In this document: piece by piece, positions 59,290 through 64,000 of the stretch
Position numbering within the stretch: the stretch's first letter is position 1
Layout of the letters: every line of letters begins with the position of its first letter
Assembly: GCF_009914755.1 (NCBI RefSeq)
Contig: NC_060935.1
Origin: the human T2T-CHM13v2.0 reference genome, Homo sapiens
Direction: 5' to 3' (one strand)
DNA length: 64,000 nt
Position numbers and translations under genes: made by a program
The notes under the pieces: generated by a model
What the model was told of the DNA's origin: nothing
Seen by the model: only the letters and a program-made list of their open reading frames with translations
Database searches by the model: none

Positions 59290-61756
59290 TAGTTGTGGGA
59301 AGGTTTAGAGAAGAGAGAAGCAGCAACTTGGCCTTAGAAGAACATGTATATAAAATGCTTAGTAAAGGGCAAATTATTGAAGTTATTCTACATATAGTCA
59401 CTAAATAAGACTGAATATAGTCACTCTGCTGGGCATGGGGGAAGGTTCTCCAGAGTTGGCGTTTTTCTTCATTAGGATACTTTTTGAATTCTATCCTATT
59501 CCTACCCCTTTCCTCACCCACCTAACCCTGGCATAGGAATCTTCCAGGTTCTGCTGCTTTATCTCCAGAGATAGGGAGCTTGCTGGTCTCTTGAGGCAGC
59601 CCCTTTCTTCTCTAGCTTCCCACTTAGTCCCAGCTCTGCTGAGTCCTAGACAATTCAAAGATTGGGTGAGGGTACAGACAGACTCTCTCCTCTTCTATAC
59701 CATCTTGATTGAAAGCTTTTCTATACCATTTTGGTTGAAAGCTCCTGAGTCTTCTTTTTTCCAGGTTAAGTAGCCCTACTTCTTGAAGAAAACATTTTCT
59801 CAGCCTCCTTCTTGTCTTGATTTCCTGCCTATAAGCACTTTTGTTAATGTGTTTCTTAGATCCTATAGTTGGCTGCAGACCTCCAAGTGTGATTTTATCA
59901 TCACGGAGTTGAGCAGGACTGTCACCTTCTTGTTTCTGAATCCTGTGCATCTGTTAGTGCAGTCTGATTAGATTCTGGTGCCTCACTAGTCATACCACTC
60001 TACTGACCCATGTTGAGCTTAATGAAAACTTCAGATTTCTATAAAACTGCTAAACCATGATTACCATTTTTTTTTTCTGGAGCATTTCCTTCAGAGTTCT
60101 TAGTGAAAGAGCATGTCTAATTGTGCGAGACTTGACAGGGAAGGGGAAAACAGGGCTTTAGCTTCCTCTCCATTTATATCTGTGGCTAGGGCACAGATAA
60201 CAATAAGACTAGAAGAAATCTCTCTTCCCAGGGTCTCTTAGGGCAGGTTCTGATGTAACAGGGGTTAAATGTAAGTAACCATCAGGATCCCTGGTTTTTA
60301 TTTGAGGAACCTTAGGCCTAGATGTATAAAGTTACTTGTCATTATCATGCATTTAGTAGAGCCAGAACTTCAGCTGTAGGCCAATGCTTTTCAATACCCT
60401 CTTGGTTGAAAGCATTAGTCTAAGGTAGAGAAGACTAGTTTTGGTAGGAATGAGGCAGTTTCTATTTTTATTTACATTTTAATTTAGGCTTATAGAATTT
60501 GAGATCTGAAAGGGATAATCTATATTGTAGATGGGGAGCATTAAATGTGAAGCAGGAAGACCTGGATTCTAATCCTGATTATGGGATGGACAGGCTGATG
60601 CTTCCTGTTAACTCTATGTTTTATCAATGTAGAAGAAAAATTAGGCAGCTGTAGGAGAGAGCTTCCTGGATATCTTTGGAAGCTGAGTTCCTTCTGGGGG
60701 CTTTTCTTTAATAGCTCTCGAGCAACTCAGGCTATGTACTGATGAAGATTAAGCAGTGACATGAGCTTTGGAACTATACCAGCGGTGCCAGGAAAAAATC
60801 TTCCATTAGCATCATTTAGTTTTGGCTTTCTTATTTTTCTCTAATAACATGAGGACAGGGTGGCTGGTTTTTAAGAGTGGGTTTCAAAAGTAGGAACTTA
60901 GAATTAAAGATGGCAGGGAGAGCATTCTGGCCTTTTCTGAAAGCTGGCATAGAAGTATCTAGGAAAGGAAAGTGAGAGGGCAGAAACAGAGGGACTAAAT
61001 CATAATGCTAGAAAACAGCTCCAGGCAGTTTTCTGGCAAGGACTTTATTTTTGGACTTAGCAACTATTTGGAACACTTCCAGTGTATTCTAAATTACAGG
61101 AAAATGAAAGACAATGGAGTGAGGTTTTTTGGGGGAGAGTCCTCATTAACCATGAGTGGAGAAAAGCATTTCAATGCAGTGATGTAGTTCACAGCTGAGA
61201 AATGATATATATGTACCCTATTAGAATTTGCTCACTGTGTGTTATACCTGGTGATTTGACAGACTAAAAGTGAGAATTTTTATATGTCCTCTTCCTCCCA
61301 ATAATTTGCTTCATTATTCAGAAAAAGGCCCCTAATCTCTCCGGAGTGATGATTTCCAGAGCTACAAAAAGCATTTAATATTCTGGCACCGGCTCAAACT
61401 AGCTGTTCTGAGTTTAGCTAGATGATGTAGATGTCAGCAGTGGTCACTTGTGTTCAGAACATTAGCTGGCTAGTGTCAGTACCATCTGTGTGATTAGCAT
61501 TGTTAACATTTTTCTGACTAATGTTGGGAGCCAGTCTTTTCTCTGTGTTATATAGATCTTAGCAGAAAAGTTTTCTAATCTCTATCTTAGCCAACTCTGG
61601 GCTTTAGGAATAAAAACAGCAGCAGCAACGACAAAAACTGAAAAACTACTTTAACATTTATATAGTATTTAATATGTGCTAGGCACTGTTTCTAAGTGTT
61701 TTACATATATTAACTTATTTCTCACAGAAACCATATGAAGTATAGATATTATGATT

Positions 61757-62475
61757 ATACAGAGTTAGCACAGACTTCACAAGTTAAGTTCACAGCCCCC
61801 GATAAGATTACTCTCACTTCAGACATCAGCCATAATTTCAAGCTGTTCCCAGGTCACCTGCACTTCTGACCAGCTGACTACAATTCATGCATTACCATGG
61901 GCTTCTCAGGTTTGATAATTAACTAGGACTACTCAGAGAATTCAAGAAAGCCCTATACTTATGATTACAATTTTATTATAAAAGTTACAAATCAGGACCA
62001 GCCAAAAGAAGAAATTTATAGGGCAAGATATTGGAGGGTCCTGAATATGGCACTTTTGTGTCCTCTCCTTGTGGAATCAGGACACATCTCCATTTCCAGC
62101 ACATCAGAGTGTTTGCCAGCCAGGAAACTCAACTGAACTTTGGTGTTCAGTGTTTTTCTTAGGGTTTCATTACATAGGCAAGTTTGATTGAATTCTTAGG
62201 CACATGATTGAACTTAATATCCAGCTCCCTTTTTCTCCATAAAGGTTGGATTGGTATCACCAGGCTCAGAGCCCCAATGTTCTAGTCACGTGGTTGATTT
62301 TTATAGTGACCACCCCCCATCCTGAGTCATCTTATCAGCCTGAACTCATGTGTGATCCAAGGGACCCACCAGGAATAATAAAGACATTCCTATCACTGGG
62401 AATATTCCAAAAGTTCAGTGGGTACCTCCCAGTAACCCAGGACAAAGATCTGCCAAATTCTTTATTATACAACAT
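61757..62475. mobile_element. MER21-like ERVL LTR
   Basis: cagagttagcacagacttcacaagtta...cacttcagacatcagcc...tcactgggaatattccaaaag...aattctttattatacaaca. Confidence 0.6.
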
Positions 62476-62504
62476 TGAATAATTAAGTATGGAAGAACTG
62501 GTAA

Positions 62505-63985
<1,481 letters not shown>

Positions 63986-64000
63986 AGTATTTCTTAAGTG

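Noticed and set aside
61345-61415. Possible C/D-box snoRNA (GTGATGA ... CTGA about 65 nt apart)
   Set aside because: No convincing terminal stem, internal C'/D' boxes or recognisable rRNA guide; such motifs occur by chance.

Overview
Human (hominid) genomic DNA, not microbial. The window lies inside STIM1 (+ strand): coding exon 2 (2828-2958, canonical EF-hand), a 56,190-bp intron 2, and exon 3 (59149-59263, hidden EF-hand). A near-consensus AluYb8 indicates human origin. Intron 2 carries four TSD-bounded processed retrocopies: a 5'-truncated YWHAZ, an HNRNPA1 from the exon-7B (A1B) isoform, an ORF-intact HMGN1 and an ORF-intact but decayed RPS29. It also holds two full-length L1PA elements arranged tail-to-tail, dozens of Alus, and older L1M/L2/MER/LTR elements. 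Most other ORFs in the track are repeat-derived artefacts. The most interesting candidate system is in the antisense-oriented L1. Its antisense promoter faces STIM1 exon 3, and it has an ORF0-like frame with a strong Kozak ATG (52043) and two GT donors (after 52234 and 52300), both phase 0 and so in frame with exon 3. This predicts a possible ORF0-STIM1 chimera lacking the signal peptide and the Ca2+-binding EF-hand. That prediction is inference from sequence only. Gene and repeat-family identities come from recall of known sequences, not from database searches, and repeat boundaries without a stated TSD are approximate.
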